DNA of 64,000 nucleotides, from NCBI GenBank assembly GCA_002633005.1, contig NMRA01000067.1:664252-728251 (forward strand), given 5' to 3'. Below the pieces are notes generated by a model. It saw only the letters and a list, made by a program, of their open reading frames with translations, was not told the DNA's origin and made no database searches. The translations under genes and the position numbers were made by a program. Positions 14,137 through 27,640 of the stretch are shown here, piece after piece. The stretch is from Phoronis australis (Eukaryota > Animalia > Phoronida). How positions within the stretch are numbered: the stretch's first letter is position 1; every line of letters starts with the position of its first letter.

Positions 14137-15234
14137 TAACTACTCACCTCTCATTCCAACATTATTCACTAATTACCGATAACTTTGGTGGGGAACACTA
14201 ATACACACAGACACGCTTAAATGTCAATCTGTCGGATAATTCCGTCTCTCTGAGTTACACCTCCAACCTGTCCAACAGAGTGAGTAATCACATCCACAGA
14301 CGACATGTACTCCCCACTTCCACCAAATGATGGAAATCTTACATCGACTTTGTATCGACCAATTAAAACTTAGCCGTAGGATAAGAAAAATCGAAAAACG
14401 AACAAATCCTCAATTACGCCAAGGTGTATCACAATCACTAGGTTTCTCAACATACAGTTGAAAGGTAGGCTCCCCGCCAGGTAAGAGGATTAATGATGCA
14501 TCAGAGTATTGTATTGCAGGGGGCTCATGGCCTTCCTACAGTCCTACAGTGAAGTAGCCACTGAGATTACAATGTCTGTGTACCCCTTTCTATCATTTTA
14601 ATTACGTAACTGATCAAGATGGCATTGAAGCCAAAGGATTACTCAGTTAAACCCCCACACTATGATCCTGAGGGGGCAGGGAAGGACAAATATTTTCTTT
14701 GTATCCTCAAATGTACTACATGGGCACACTAATATGCAGGGAATGACTAGAGTCAACTCTTTGTGTTACCAACTGGTGTCAAAATATCCTTTAGTTTCTT
14801 TGATGTTTTCTTTGGATTCTAATCATTGTGTTCTAATTAATAATTTTTTCCATATATGAAGACATAATTACGGTTACTATGAAAACCCATAGAATCAATT
14901 GTATTAACGTTCTTGACACGAGTACACAAACCACAACTGTTTCAACTACCCCTGAAGAAGCTTCAGCCATTTTCTACAAACTGTCATTTTTTTAAGTTCT
15001 CCACCACATTGTTTACTCAGACACTCTCAATGAACAGTCATCACTATCTTCACTCCCCTGCTCAGTATTGTATAACTATGGCAGACATTAAGAACTAATG
15101 AGGAGGTTACCAAACATAACTAATAGAAAGCAATTAATAACAACAGGGGGACCCAAGCAGCATCATAATCATGGTGTGAAAGTAAACAGTGACACCAACC
15201 CCATCTAGTGGCGCTTATGACTAAGTGTTCCTGA

Positions 15235-15500
15235 GGGGTACTCACCAAGGGCAGTACCCACACACAAGAGGAAAACAGGATGTGTCACACAGGAGGGGGA
15301 GTTTTTATGACCAGTTTCCTAACAAAAAGTACCTTACCAAAAAATTCCCCCCTTTTGAGACTACTCCCTCAAAGAAGTGCATGGTATCCTCATTTTCCAA
15401 CAGCACCAACAACCAAAATATAGTCGAGTATCCGTGAATAATCGACTATTTTTGTTGTGGACGTGCCAGTGTAAAATTAAGACATACACCCTTTTAAAGA
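15235..15500 (+). mobile_element. Decayed copy of the GGGGTACT-terminated repeat family
   Basis: GGGGTACTC...AAGAGG..CAGGATGTG...CAGGAGGG...AAAATTCCC aligns by eye with the reverse complement of 52620-52739. The right boundary is approximate. Confidence 0.45.
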
Positions 15501-18117
15501 GCTAGGACGATAAAAATGGATCTACCTGAAGAGAACTTCGAAAAATTCAGAAAGGTTTGCATTAGATTTCCTAAAATAGACAACAGAACCCTTCTCAGTG
15601 TAGTGCTGGTAGCAAAAAAGAGCGTTTTGTAAACAGCAAAAATTAACCTAATGGTATGAATTCAATGACAAAGACAAAGAAGGTGCCCAAGGAAAAGTCA
15701 CAACAGCGCATTCACTATGCAACCATTTATACAAGCCCCCCCCCCATACCTTCTCAGGACATTTGTGGACCATATGATGTTTTAATTGAGGATAAGTCTT
15801 AGAGTACACAGCAGGTTTCCCAACGACATCACATCATTAGTTGGTCAGAGGTTGTTGTTAGCTCACTAAGATTGTCAGTATATTGTTCAACAACTGCAAG
15901 CCCTACTCTAAGTGAAGGTAATCACAACATACCAATTATTATTAAGCATCCAGAGCAACAAACGGTCAGCAAGTCTGTCTGGCTGTGCCACGGGAATACA
16001 CAATACTACGTTTACTTCACACATCTGTCAGCCTATAGTTTTACACACGTTCCAAAACAACAAGTTCACTGCATGCCCAATCTGCCACATATAGATTTAC
16101 TCACTCCCATAACAGCCGTAGATACTTTCGTCCATTGATTCTAAGTCAAGTCAGATATCCCCTGAGGCGCCCAACTTTAGTTCTGGTGACTGCCTGATCA
16201 ATTTTCGGTAAAACCAATGTACAGATCACAACTTCACAGTCAAAGTTCCACGACTAGCCGTGCAAAACTAATAACAACGACCAAGGACTGAACAAGGTTT
16301 GAAAAACAGAATCCATAAAAAGTGAAACATGGCAATGAACTGGAAATATGCTTAATGACTGCACCTACGATCGGACATCTTTTCAGAAACATTGTTATCT
16401 AATATTCAAAATCTTTATACTCAAAGATAATTTAAAAACCAATATCCAAAAAATATTGTGATCTCAATAATTATTTAAAAACCTTACAGCAGCTCTGTGC
16501 CCAAAATCCAAATAAGTCATTTTATAACACATAACTTTTTATCGACTTCAAACATCAAAATTGGATGAACACCCAGTCATAAAAACATTGCTCTTAATCT
16601 GGGCTGGCCTGTAGCAACACACACTTCTAGTTGGGATTACCATGTTAAAGTAATTAAACTGTCAAAGTCATCATTAGGGCTCAGACTGTTTCAATCTGTT
16701 ACATGTTACTAGTCCACTCTATACTCCTTGCTTATGGTTTTGAAAGTAATATGGACCACACTGAGGTATTACCAAACCGATTATCTTGACATTTAGGTTA
16801 TTTTAGTGATAACGTCATTCCGACTCAATATCCTGTAATTTTTCAGGTTATCACGCACAAATTCACTTTTAATTAACGAAACATATTTGGTCACACTCTG
16901 CTTAATCTCATGTAACCACTAATTTTTATTTTCCCAGCTTATTAACACTCATGGTAATGGTCACTGCCCAAAAAACGTACAACTTTGTCTTTTCACCTTA
17001 AAGCCAACTATGGTAAAGTTTCCTGAAATTTGAACAAAAATAATTGCCAAAATTTTCCATTTTTCAATAGTTCACTGCATGGTTAACAACGTTAAAATTC
17101 TTTGTTGATGACAGATGTACTACATAAATTGTGGAAATCATCAAGAAAATCCTTCTTCCTATTTATTCAAATTAAAATTTTGTCATAAAATAAAATTCCA
17201 TTGTTACACCACATTCTGTTCTAAATTGAGAAACCTTTACCATACACTGAACCGCAATACTGAGTTTCCTACACACGCAAACCACTGCAATTTTATGTTA
17301 TACCGACAGATTCATTTTCATACGGTAGTCCCTGCTAAGGTAAAGTCTAGATAAGTTCAGAAATACAAAGAGAATACCAGCACAGCAACATGTGAATCCA
17401 CACAGAAGGCAGAAAAAATGCTCACCAGAAGACAGCATTATGGATCCAAAACTTGTTTCTGTGGTACATACATAGAGATTTCAGGATTTAGCTGTTGTGC
17501 AACACACAGCAGACATTATGCAACTTTACTGGGGCAAAGGAATGCAGTAATATTGGATCATACACCCAGAACAACTACACACAAAGTTTTTAAGCACCTA
17601 AACAAACCTTGAGTTCCTCATCAAATTCCACAAAACACTGTCTGCAAACAGTCCTAGACAACGAACAGGGCGTAAATAAACATCCCAGTTTCACAGGGCC
17701 AAATAAGCCGAGAACTGCACTCAGTGACCTCAGGTATGTCACACCTGGTGAGCCACACTGTTACACAATTGTACCAGGACAATGCCATACATGGTTTCAA
17801 TAAGACCACAATGCCACCGTGCTAATGAACCAATCCTAATTGATAAGCAACAGATTTCCGGCTGAAAAGCCCAGGGATGGGAATCTTCCTTCCCACTTGA
17901 CAAATTCCAATTTTAAGTGAATTTGGAATCGGGGGTAACACATCCTGTCCTGTGAAGGGCTTCAAACTGCTGATCGATAAAATACCTGTCACCTGATATG
18001 GAACTACCTGTCTTAATGGACATTAGTAACACGATATAGGCATCTAAGTAGAGTGACTGTCTATTTAAAACAGACATTATAAGCAGGTAATGAGTAGCTC
18101 ATGTTACAACTACATAC

Positions 18118-18179
18118 CTTGAAGGCACTTTAGTGACTTTCACAGCTGACTCGCAGTTGACTGTAGGTTCTCCCCAACT
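18118..18179 (-). other. Candidate 62-nt exon
   Basis: ccttaacttttcag|AGTTGG...TTCAAG|gtatgt has good acceptor and donor signals. Only phase 0 is open (SWGEPTVNCESAVKVTKVPS). Confidence 0.3.
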
Positions 18180-20601
18180 CTGAAAAGTTAAGGCAGTTGT
18201 TACATCATCAACTTCCTTGTTTAACACTGGAACGAGGACATCTACGCAATTGTTTTCAACAATGAATCCGGCAAAATTTACCAATCTTGACCCAACCAGC
18301 TGAAAGTTGGCTAATGGAATCTTATGTTCAGTGCATTAGGGACTGCAGGCAAATTAACACAGGAGGAGGTACAGTTCATTATGAATAGGGGGTAATGTAA
18401 TGCCATTTTAAACATAAACTTTGAATGGCATAAAACCCTAATTTCCACCGAATGTACCCAAACACTTGTTTTCCAAATGTCTACTGAACGATATACAGTG
18501 TAAATTATCTCATACTTTACATAAATTTTGTCACCTGATATCACAGCCTTCATAAGCAAAAATGGGTCAGTCTGGGGTGGATCACTGTAACCATCGTAAA
18601 CATTAAAAGTTATGTAACCACGAATGATCATTATTAAAAAACCCAGTTGCCCAGTGTCACCACATGGTAAGATGACCTCATCACTTGACTGGTCCACAGA
18701 AACAATGTAAAGCAATGTTTTTACACTCAATTTCGACAATATATTTCACAATATCATTGCCCATGCTGGAGACGTGTTCCTGTCGAGCCCATCAACTGTC
18801 CCCAAAGGTCCTTTCCCATACAGTTAACTCCACTACTGACGAGAAGACTGCCGAGAAGATTCCATTTTAACAGTGGTTAACTGGGAAGTTGAGTGTTAAA
18901 TGTTCCCATTAGCTTCGGAGTTATTCAGACAACTAATTCAGGGAAGTTATCACAAGGTGGCTCAGTATCAATTGATCTGAGCAAAGGCAGTATGGCACAA
19001 GAACTGGTTTCATGTAAATTCAGAGATTGCTTTTGGTAGAATCCAGCAAACACACAGATACATTGAAATAGCATATTTATACTGCCAAAATAATAAACAT
19101 GAGAATAAAATATTAACAAATCATTGTCCACTGTTACTTAACACAGTGACCGGGTGCTGATAACTTTGGTGTAGTTAAACGTTCCCACTGTAATGAAGTG
19201 TTGACCAAACTAACAGCATAGCAACAAAATCTAAAAAAACAAATTCTGCAAGCTTTCTACTTTCAGACAATATCTACTTTTACTGAGTCAAAATCTGTGG
19301 TTTTGTAGATATTTAGCTAAAACCAGAGACTTGTCAACAAAGTCCTCCACAACACTTTATGTATTCTTAGACATGAAAAGAAATGAGATACACATAACCT
19401 CATATTTAGAAGTAGTGTGCATGTCTTTTTTGTTTTTTGTTTTCTTTGAATGCACGACAAGAGCAACTGAAAAGAATACTATGAAGGTACAACCAGTACC
19501 CCTCCACAAACCACTAGACCTCGATACAAATGCTTTTTAAGGAGAAAGCAAACAAGGAGAGGGCGCTCAACAACTTATGAGAACTGGCAATGATATACTT
19601 GAGGGTCCACTCAATGCATAACCGAGACTGCCAGCAGTCACAACTTGTTGGTTTAGCAATAATATATGGCAGTATTATGCTTTTCTTTGAAGGGCCCTGG
19701 ATGCTGTTTCACACTCTCTGTTTTTCTTAACTGGCTGGTGTTTACAGTATGGCTACAACCATTGTTCTGAAAATTCCCCCATGCATGTCTGGCATCATGC
19801 TATTATCAGGAGAAAAAGATTTAATAATGACTTGAAAAAAACACATTTAAAAATATGTTGGATAAACATTTCAGACCCCATCAACAAATAGGTGTTTTTA
19901 ATAGTGAGACATTTAATACCTTACAAAGCAAACAGAGAATTTATTCAAACAGTTACTAAGCCCAGACGTTATTCAAGGTGGTAAACATGGTCATTGCTCC
20001 ACTCAACAGGTGCATTTAGACCTGAGGAAAATTGAAACAGAACAGTTCAAAATGATAGATCGGTTTTGTTATAGAAAATTATGTTCGTTTTTTATCAAAC
20101 TATACAGAAATATTCCCCTAGCATATAAAATTTTAAACTGAAGTTGAAACTTGTTACTAAATAAACATTTGTCAGGATTTAGTATCAAGTTATCAAAGTT
20201 ATGAAGTGCGTAAATGATCTCCTACTCAACTGATGCTCTGTTACAATCATTGTTACCATTTCAAAACATGTGTACCTGTCAAACAACAAAACATAACTTT
20301 ACCTGTACAAGAAAACACTTAAGATATAGTGCAGTGATAAACAGTAATACAAGTTCAAAGTTCATAACGCAAAGTGGCTGCGATACAATCTTAGGGACTT
20401 CATGGAGTATAAACTGGACTTGCACCGATTTGAGTGGACTAGTCTCTCAATAAAAAAAGAAAACATCTTGATTTGGTTAGACAATTCTTATCCCACCACC
20501 ATCAGCTATTGTACAGATATCAAATTGCATGCCATCCTCACAAGACAGTTGCAGTTTCCTCAGGAATTTCAGGCCTTCGCCATACACCCTCTTCCACTTA
20601 C

Positions 20602-20631
20602 CGAAACTTCAGTAAAACCGAAGTTTCGCCT
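20602..20631 (-). other. Candidate 30-nt exon that is also a hairpin
   Basis: tttaacatcgctttcccatcag|AGGCGAAACTTCGGTTTTACTGAAGTTTCG|gtaagt. Length is 3n; phase 2 reads GETSVLLKF. Confidence 0.35.
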
Positions 20632-23600
20632 CTGATGGGAAAGCGATGTTAAAGAGAACAACTGTTAATTACTAAGCAGGTCAAAATTCGAATCCATACC
20701 ATGAGAACACAAATGCCTACCTGTTCTGATAATATAATGGTTTCTTGGAGACCATTTTATTGAGGGAACGTTATTGAGAATCGTTACACTGCAATGTGAC
20801 CATTGTTCACATTAAAATTGAACACCCACCTTCATAAACCATGTCAACGAATTGTTCACTGATAAAATTCAAGATACAATTGCCTTAGCTAAGACCAGGT
20901 GAATGACCTTTGATAAAATCGGGCCCTAAGGTACTGATCTACCATCTTCAACCATAGACGGCATCAGTATTTCGAATGTGTTACTCAACATACAACCCTC
21001 TCGCACCTCTGACTGGCCCCGGCTCAAAACCTAAACTTACAAGAAAGAAACCGCATGAATACAAAACTGCCCCACTAAACTCTCCGTGTCGACTACCAAA
21101 TGAAAATCTGTTTTGGAACTGTGAGGAAACTCCACTTGGACATTCTTCAAGACACCAGACTCCTCTGGTGCTAAACCAGAGAGAAGGCACCTGCCTGTTC
21201 AGTTTACCTTTAGGCTCACCATGCTGGAAGATGTAAATCTGTGAACAGTTCACCTATGGGAGGTTTTACAGTAAGTAGATCCAGTCCCCCAGCAGTTTGG
21301 ACTAATCCCATTAGTACACAAAGACAGAGACACAGTATTATTGCTAGCCTAAGTGCAGTCTATCAGCACTAGTACATATGCTGGCAAAAACTGAAGATTG
21401 CGTTTCACCATCTTGTCCTTTCTAATCTTTCTACAATCACTTTCACTGTAGGTGTACCCTACCCTTTAATTTCCAAAACTGGACATGTAACGGTACTGTA
21501 AAAAATCATTTGAAGTCACAGACTGAATATCAATTGTGGAATGTCTCAACAGTAAAACGTGGAGGTAATAAAATTTATTTAGTTGTGAACATGATACACG
21601 TTCCATTTACTTGTTCCTCACACAATACTTTGTAAAAGTTTGAGCTCTTATACTTGTAGTGATGAAAATTTGAAAAATGTCAATTTTAGTAATTTTTACT
21701 ATACGCCAACAACCAATAGGTGCCACTGTCGTACAATTAAGTGACAATAAAAAAGTAAGAACTAGTTATCCACCACAAGATTAGAATTCTGAGGTGAATT
21801 AGTGGGTATTTAATTCTAACGCAGAAAACATTCCCATTAGAAACTCAGCTCAATTTCCAAAGAAACCCCCCCCCCCCCGCACTGGCATCATCCATTCTCA
21901 GTCCTAGCCACAATCATTGATGTAACTTCATTTTGTGTGGAACAGGACAATTACCGCATCAGCAATGGCCTTACCGTAATAAAACACTAGTTGAAAGAAA
22001 TGGCTATGATATACATTGAAACGAGTGATATTGAAATTGAATTCCCGGTGAAAAGTTGGGAACTATGATAATTTTTCTCAGATGAAATACAGTGAACATT
22101 AACGAAAACTGATGAAATTGTATTCAATTTGTTGATGGACTTGTTGGCCTAAACTCGTCATGGTACAGTCATTAACTGCCGTGTCTATTCAGAGAGGTTT
22201 TCCAGAAGTTTTAATTGACAGGTATTATAATTTTGCACATTAAGTACTCCCCAGCTGAATGATAATATTCGCCACCTAATATTGCTAAGACTCTCATTTT
22301 TCCATTGTCAAGGGCAGAGTACATTGTTCGAATTTTTACGATGTTCGACCACTGCTGAAGAGTGAAACATTGACCGAGACCAGTCGAAAAGGAAACTTTC
22401 AAAAGTGCCTGCCTTAGTGGCTTGTGCCGATATCGGCAAGAGTAACCTAATGCGACAGTATGATATCAATGATGGTGCATTATTCTATTAGAATAGTCTC
22501 CAGGCAGAGCAAGAAATTTCATTACCGTATTGATTTACTGAAATGTGGTCAGAATTCACAGGAAATATATGGATTCTTATAGCAGACAGAAAATTCTACT
22601 ATTAATAATTTCTGTCAACTCTGGGCTGACAGGCTAGCATTGCACACATCATGTCTGGAATTAAGTCTGACATGTCAGAAAAATTACGTCCATTGGGATA
22701 GTAAAGGAAATGACTTTACGTGATTTGTGTCGCTGGTCACAACCACTGTAATATTTGGAAAGAACAGTGGCTGGTTGGGAATGTCTCCTGCATGAGCCGT
22801 ACTTTGCATGTCTACGTGAGTCTTCACTACACATGAAACCATGTTGTGAGTTCCGTGATTCGCCCATACAGACAGTTCTCACTAACTTTGTTTAATAGTT
22901 TACTCAAGTGCACACTTTTAACTTCAGAGGTCTGATTGAAATCCCACGCCCTCAACACTGCCCTCTGTTGAACCATCTGACCAATGTTCACAACCTTAAT
23001 ATCCTTCACAATAAATCTCCCTTAGGCTTTACAGCTTTTAGAATTAGTAAAACAATGAAATTTCACCAAACTACAGGAAATGAGCTCTCAAATTCAACAA
23101 TTTTCTTGGCCAAGGGCCCCAAACTCCCCTGAGGACCTCCCATACCTACCACCACTAAAACAACCTTTATTGTTTGTTCATGCACACTTCAGTGAGTCAC
23201 TCAACTATATTCCCATTACCTTCCAATTGTTAAGAGAGGAAGGACCCTGGACTGGATAGTAATGTTGTGTTCCACAAACACTACCAACAACAACCTATTG
23301 GCTTTTCCATTCATAGCCACAGTGTACAGTATATCTGGATTTAGCATTGGTCTCTGATGTTCTCCAAATGTTCACCACGGGCTTGTCTGGAGCAAACTCC
23401 AGTATCTGTAGGTTCCGGCAATTTTTCATTTATTTCGCAATAAATAAAGTAAATATATTTTCCTCATAGTCTGAGCATGCCAAATAAATAGGTTAGATAC
23501 TGCATATTCTCGGCCAGTGGGCGAAATTAACTTCAGAAACCAAGTGTCATCAACTGACCGTGCAAAACTGTTCACAGTTCAGGTGAAGCAAGAAATTCCC

Positions 23601-24031
23601 ACCAAGTAAGCTTGTGTGAAATAAGTGAGGGACAAAAATTTCTTTTGATTTTGGTTGTGCGACATGAGATAAGTGTGCTAAATGAAGGCAACATTACCCT
23701 AGTACGTGGAGTGGCAAACTGATGACTTATTCAAAAAGTATTACAGCTCAACAGTGCCTGGATACCATACCATACCATTAGAGAATTGACACACAAAGCT
23801 AGCCCATCCAGACATGACTTAGCAGCATGCTGCAGGTGAAGACCACCATGCCTTGCAGCAAGCCTACAGGATGCTAAATGTGCTCTTCATAACAGCCTTG
23901 TTTATGAAGTTAATGTTGAGGAAGGTTGCAGTAATAAATGCCACAAATCGCATGTGTTCAAAAAGATGGATCACTGCTGAAAATGCAAACCAATTAACCA
24001 AATTTGAACACCACATAACTATCTAACGTCA

Positions 24032-24222
24032 TACACCTTATTCACGCAGTTGTCATTTTAAACGTGAGCCTCTTTTCAGGATGTGAAAACAATGCATTCT
24101 GTGCTTAATCACAGTGCAAAGCGTGATTTTTTCACGTGCCTCGTATTTGTCTCAAAAGCATTGTTTTTTTTAACCTAAAAAGAGGCTCACTGCTAAAATG
24201 GTGACTGCGTGAATAAGGTTTA
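24032..24222. mobile_element. MITE with ~70-bp imperfect TIRs (Academ-like termini)
   Basis: TACACCTTATTCACGCAGTTGTCATTTTA..GTGAGCCTCTTTT versus AAAAGAGGCTCAC..TAAAATGGTGACTGCGTGAATAAGGTTTA. The inverted repeat is seen directly; the Academ assignment is from end-motif resemblance only. Confidence 0.8.
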
Positions 24223-25480
24223 TATGCAGGAACCTGAAAAACTAACAATACGCGACTATAAAATTTCCAATATTCCATAACTCAGCTAGTCTATTTTGCC
24301 TACTTGTCTGGAACAGAAAATCTATGTCCTAAAAGCTACTTTGAAAGCACAAGGAGAAACCATACAAGTAATAAAAAATTCACAGACATAACAGCAATTA
24401 CCCAGCGAGACGTGTGTTTTTCTAGTTTTTGCGCATTATCAAAGTTGTTACTAGCAGTCAGACATGGTGCCTGTGGCCAGAACGGCACACCAGTCTAAAT
24501 TTCACCAGTGAAAAGAACAAACAAGATAAGACAGTCTAGTCTGAACAAAAAAACAAGGCCCGCCTCTGGCCAATACCAGATCCTATAGCGGGGATTAGCG
24601 ATTTACCATTTCAGCACTGGGAAACATCCTGAATGAAAAAGACTTTAATAGGTCAATAAGCAGGGATTCACAGGACAGGAGTGTGGTATATCTTCTAAAG
24701 TAATCCTGCTAATACACAAGGCAGTCCTGAATACACACACTTCATTGCATAACAATAAGATTATTGCAGATATAAAACATAGTAGCTCTTGAACTACACC
24801 ACCATAGATACAATAATTCTTTGGCTACTGGCAACAAAGTGGAATTTTATTATGAGATTTTTTTGAACAAAAACAAACATTAAGAAAATTCCTATCTGAT
24901 AGGCAGCATCAAAGTCTGGGGAGTTTAGATTATTACCGGATATGAAGGGCGTAGCTAGCCTCTCTGTAACAAACAATTCTGAGAGTTTCTGTGATGTCAA
25001 AAAAACTAAAGAAGTGCCACCCCCTCATCATTGGAAGGGGCCAGAAGACTGTTGTAATGCAAAAGATCACAGAAATAATTAGTATTTCCACATGAAATAA
25101 TTCACAATTATCTTCTCAAGGAAGTCTGGAGGGCTTTAAACCTTCATGTAACCTCTGCTGTCTCCTAACCACAGAAGATTGAGGCACACAAGAGAACACT
25201 GCCTGCAGGTATGTCAGCTGTCATTAGCACTATGCAGAGGTAATGAGGGCTGAAACCATTAGCACTGCATGGAGCAGGGTATACACAGAGTGGGTAGCTC
25301 CAGGCTAACTATCCATGCTTGCAATGTTGGCAGAGAGGTCTACTGAAGGGCAGTTAGTGGAGTCACTGATGACCACAATATGGAACAATACCTAGACTAA
25401 TCAGTTAGCATTCTAACTGCAAGTCACAACAAAAAGCCAGCAGTGATATCTTCAGTGCCTAGAGCAGGTGAAGCCACAGC

Positions 25481-26586
25481 AGCTGAACATTACCCTACAA
25501 CAGCATTACGATAGCTGAAAACAATACAGATTTATAGCCCAAGTTGGAATTTCAGGCTATACAAAAATAATTGCCAATTATCGTGATTTTTCTATTTTTC
25601 AAAAGCTGATTACTTTACCACAAATAATGGAAGCTTTACTAAAAGTCATTTCATGATATCTACACAGTACAAACCACGCTAGTAATTAACTAAAATTGTC
25701 TTGATCTTTATTCTTGTGGAAAACAGTCCAAGTTGGAATTTGTATCTGAGAGTCGGAGTGGAAGGACATATCTGGAGGGACTGATAATAATTCAGGACAC
25801 AACATGGTGGACAAGTGACGTAAATTTTTAATTTCCCATAAAATATATGTAGCAACAAATTAATGCTTTGCCATGATAAATTTATGTACCACAGCCACTA
25901 TCAGAAAATATTTTGAAAGATTGATAGCATTCACAACCATCTTAGAAGATCACAAAAAATGAAAAATTGTCAATTTGGCAATTACGTTTGTCCGCAATTG
26001 ATGACATTTTATTTGTAGTAGAGATACNAGCATTACTATAGCTGAACATTACACTACAACAGCATTAAGATAGCTGAACACAATGCAGATTTATAGCCCA
26101 AGTTGGAATTTCAGGCTATACAAAAATAATTGCCAATTATCGTGATTTTTCTATTTTTCAAAAGCTGATTACTTTACCACAAATAATGCAAGCTTTACTA
26201 AAAGTCGTTTCATGACATCTACACAGTACAAACTACGCTAGTAATTAACTAAAATTGTCTTGATCTTTATTCTTGTGGAAAACAGTCCAAGTTGGAATTT
26301 GTATCTGAGAGTCGGAGTGGAAGGACATATCTGAAGTGACTGATAATAATTCAGGACACAACATGGTGGACAAGTGACGTAAATTTTTAATTTCCCATAA
26401 AATATATGTAGCAACAAATTAATGCTTTGCCATGATAAATTTATGTACCACAGCCACTATCAGAAAATATTTTGAAAGATTGATAGCATTCACAACCATC
26501 TTAGAAGATCACAAAAAATGAAAAATTGTCAATTTGGCAATTACGTTTGTCCGCAATTGATGACATTTTATTTGTAGTAGAGATAC
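25481..26586. repeat. Tandem ~547-bp duplication across a single 'n' (26028); probable haplotype/assembly artefact
   Basis: 25481-26027 matches 26040-26586 with about 10 substitutions, all in the first ~300 bp. Copy 1 ends exactly at the n. Confidence 0.9.
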
Positions 26587-27099
26587 AATAAACAGTGATA
26601 AAAATACTCATTAGTTGGTGTTTCTATCTCTAAGTTAGACTGGAACGAAATGCCATACTTGCAGTGACTAGTTTTAGAGTCATAGCAGGATAACAAGAAA
26701 ACTGTTTAACTGGTCTTCAAGCTGCAAGCCACAAAGCAAAACTAATTTCAAAATAGGTCAAACTTTTCGCATGCTACGTTGTTACGGAACACTTTCAGCT
26801 TCAATTTCCTTTTCAATTGCAAATGTATCCATAAACACAACGAAACCAAGAGACAGACTACACACAGCCAATTTTATCAAAGAATTTAGGATGATAGTAC
26901 ACCTCTGCACTGCGCTTACATAACCGAAATAAATTTAGTATTCACGCTAGTGAAGCACTGTTTTAATACTAGTCTGATCAAAACCACCTTTTGTATTAGG
27001 TGTAAAATTCTGATGGTCAGTACAGAATTTTAGTACCAAGTAATAGCCTGACCAATATTGAGTGGAGTCACAATTGACTGCAATACACAATGGGTACCT

Positions 27100-27640
27100 G
27101 TAAGGTTATGTACATTTAGGTCCCTCTAAAATGTCCAAATTTGTCTAACTTGCAACAGCATATCTCAGAAATGGCCGACAGGATTCGCAAGAAACCTTGA
27201 GATATTTTCATGCCTTATGCACTTTTCACCAAAATGCTGTTAAGAATTGTTTGTATGAAGGGCTATAATGATTTTATGAAAAACTTAATAATTTATATTA
27301 AACAAAAATTAAATACATTCTAGAAAACTGTAACAGTTTTTGAGATTTCACCTTGAACATTTATGTCAAATGAAATGTGGTCATAATGTCAGTGAAACCC
27401 TTTTGCTTTGCTTTGAATGTATCTTTCTTTTTGTTTCATTTTACTTAAATATTATATAGTAATGTGACCCAATTTATAGCAGATTGGTATAAAAATAAAA
27501 ATCTTATTCTACAAACTGTATGCGTTCAGAAAAATAATTATATACTTTTAATACTCATCAGTAAATTTTTGTGATTTCTTTTTTATGTTCTTTTTAATTC
27601 ACAAAATGAGCTAGAAAAATGCGCTATGCTCTGGCATGAA
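27100..27640 (+). mobile_element. Dispersed AT-rich non-autonomous repeat, copy 1 of 4
   Basis: Shared blocks (TATCTCAGAAATG..., TTTTGAGATTTCACCTTGAAC, GACCCAATTTATAGCAGATTGGTATAAA) align with 38090-38615 (+), 40547-41100 (-) and 59291-59700 (-). Boundaries are approximate. Confidence 0.6.

Noticed and set aside
18311-18739. 142-aa minus-strand ORF
   Set aside because: Non-ATG start, no recognisable motif and no convincing splice boundaries.
20990-21090. tRNA/SINE-like A- and B-box remnants on the minus strand
   Set aside because: The boxes are degenerate and no cloverleaf can be drawn. At most an old SINE head.
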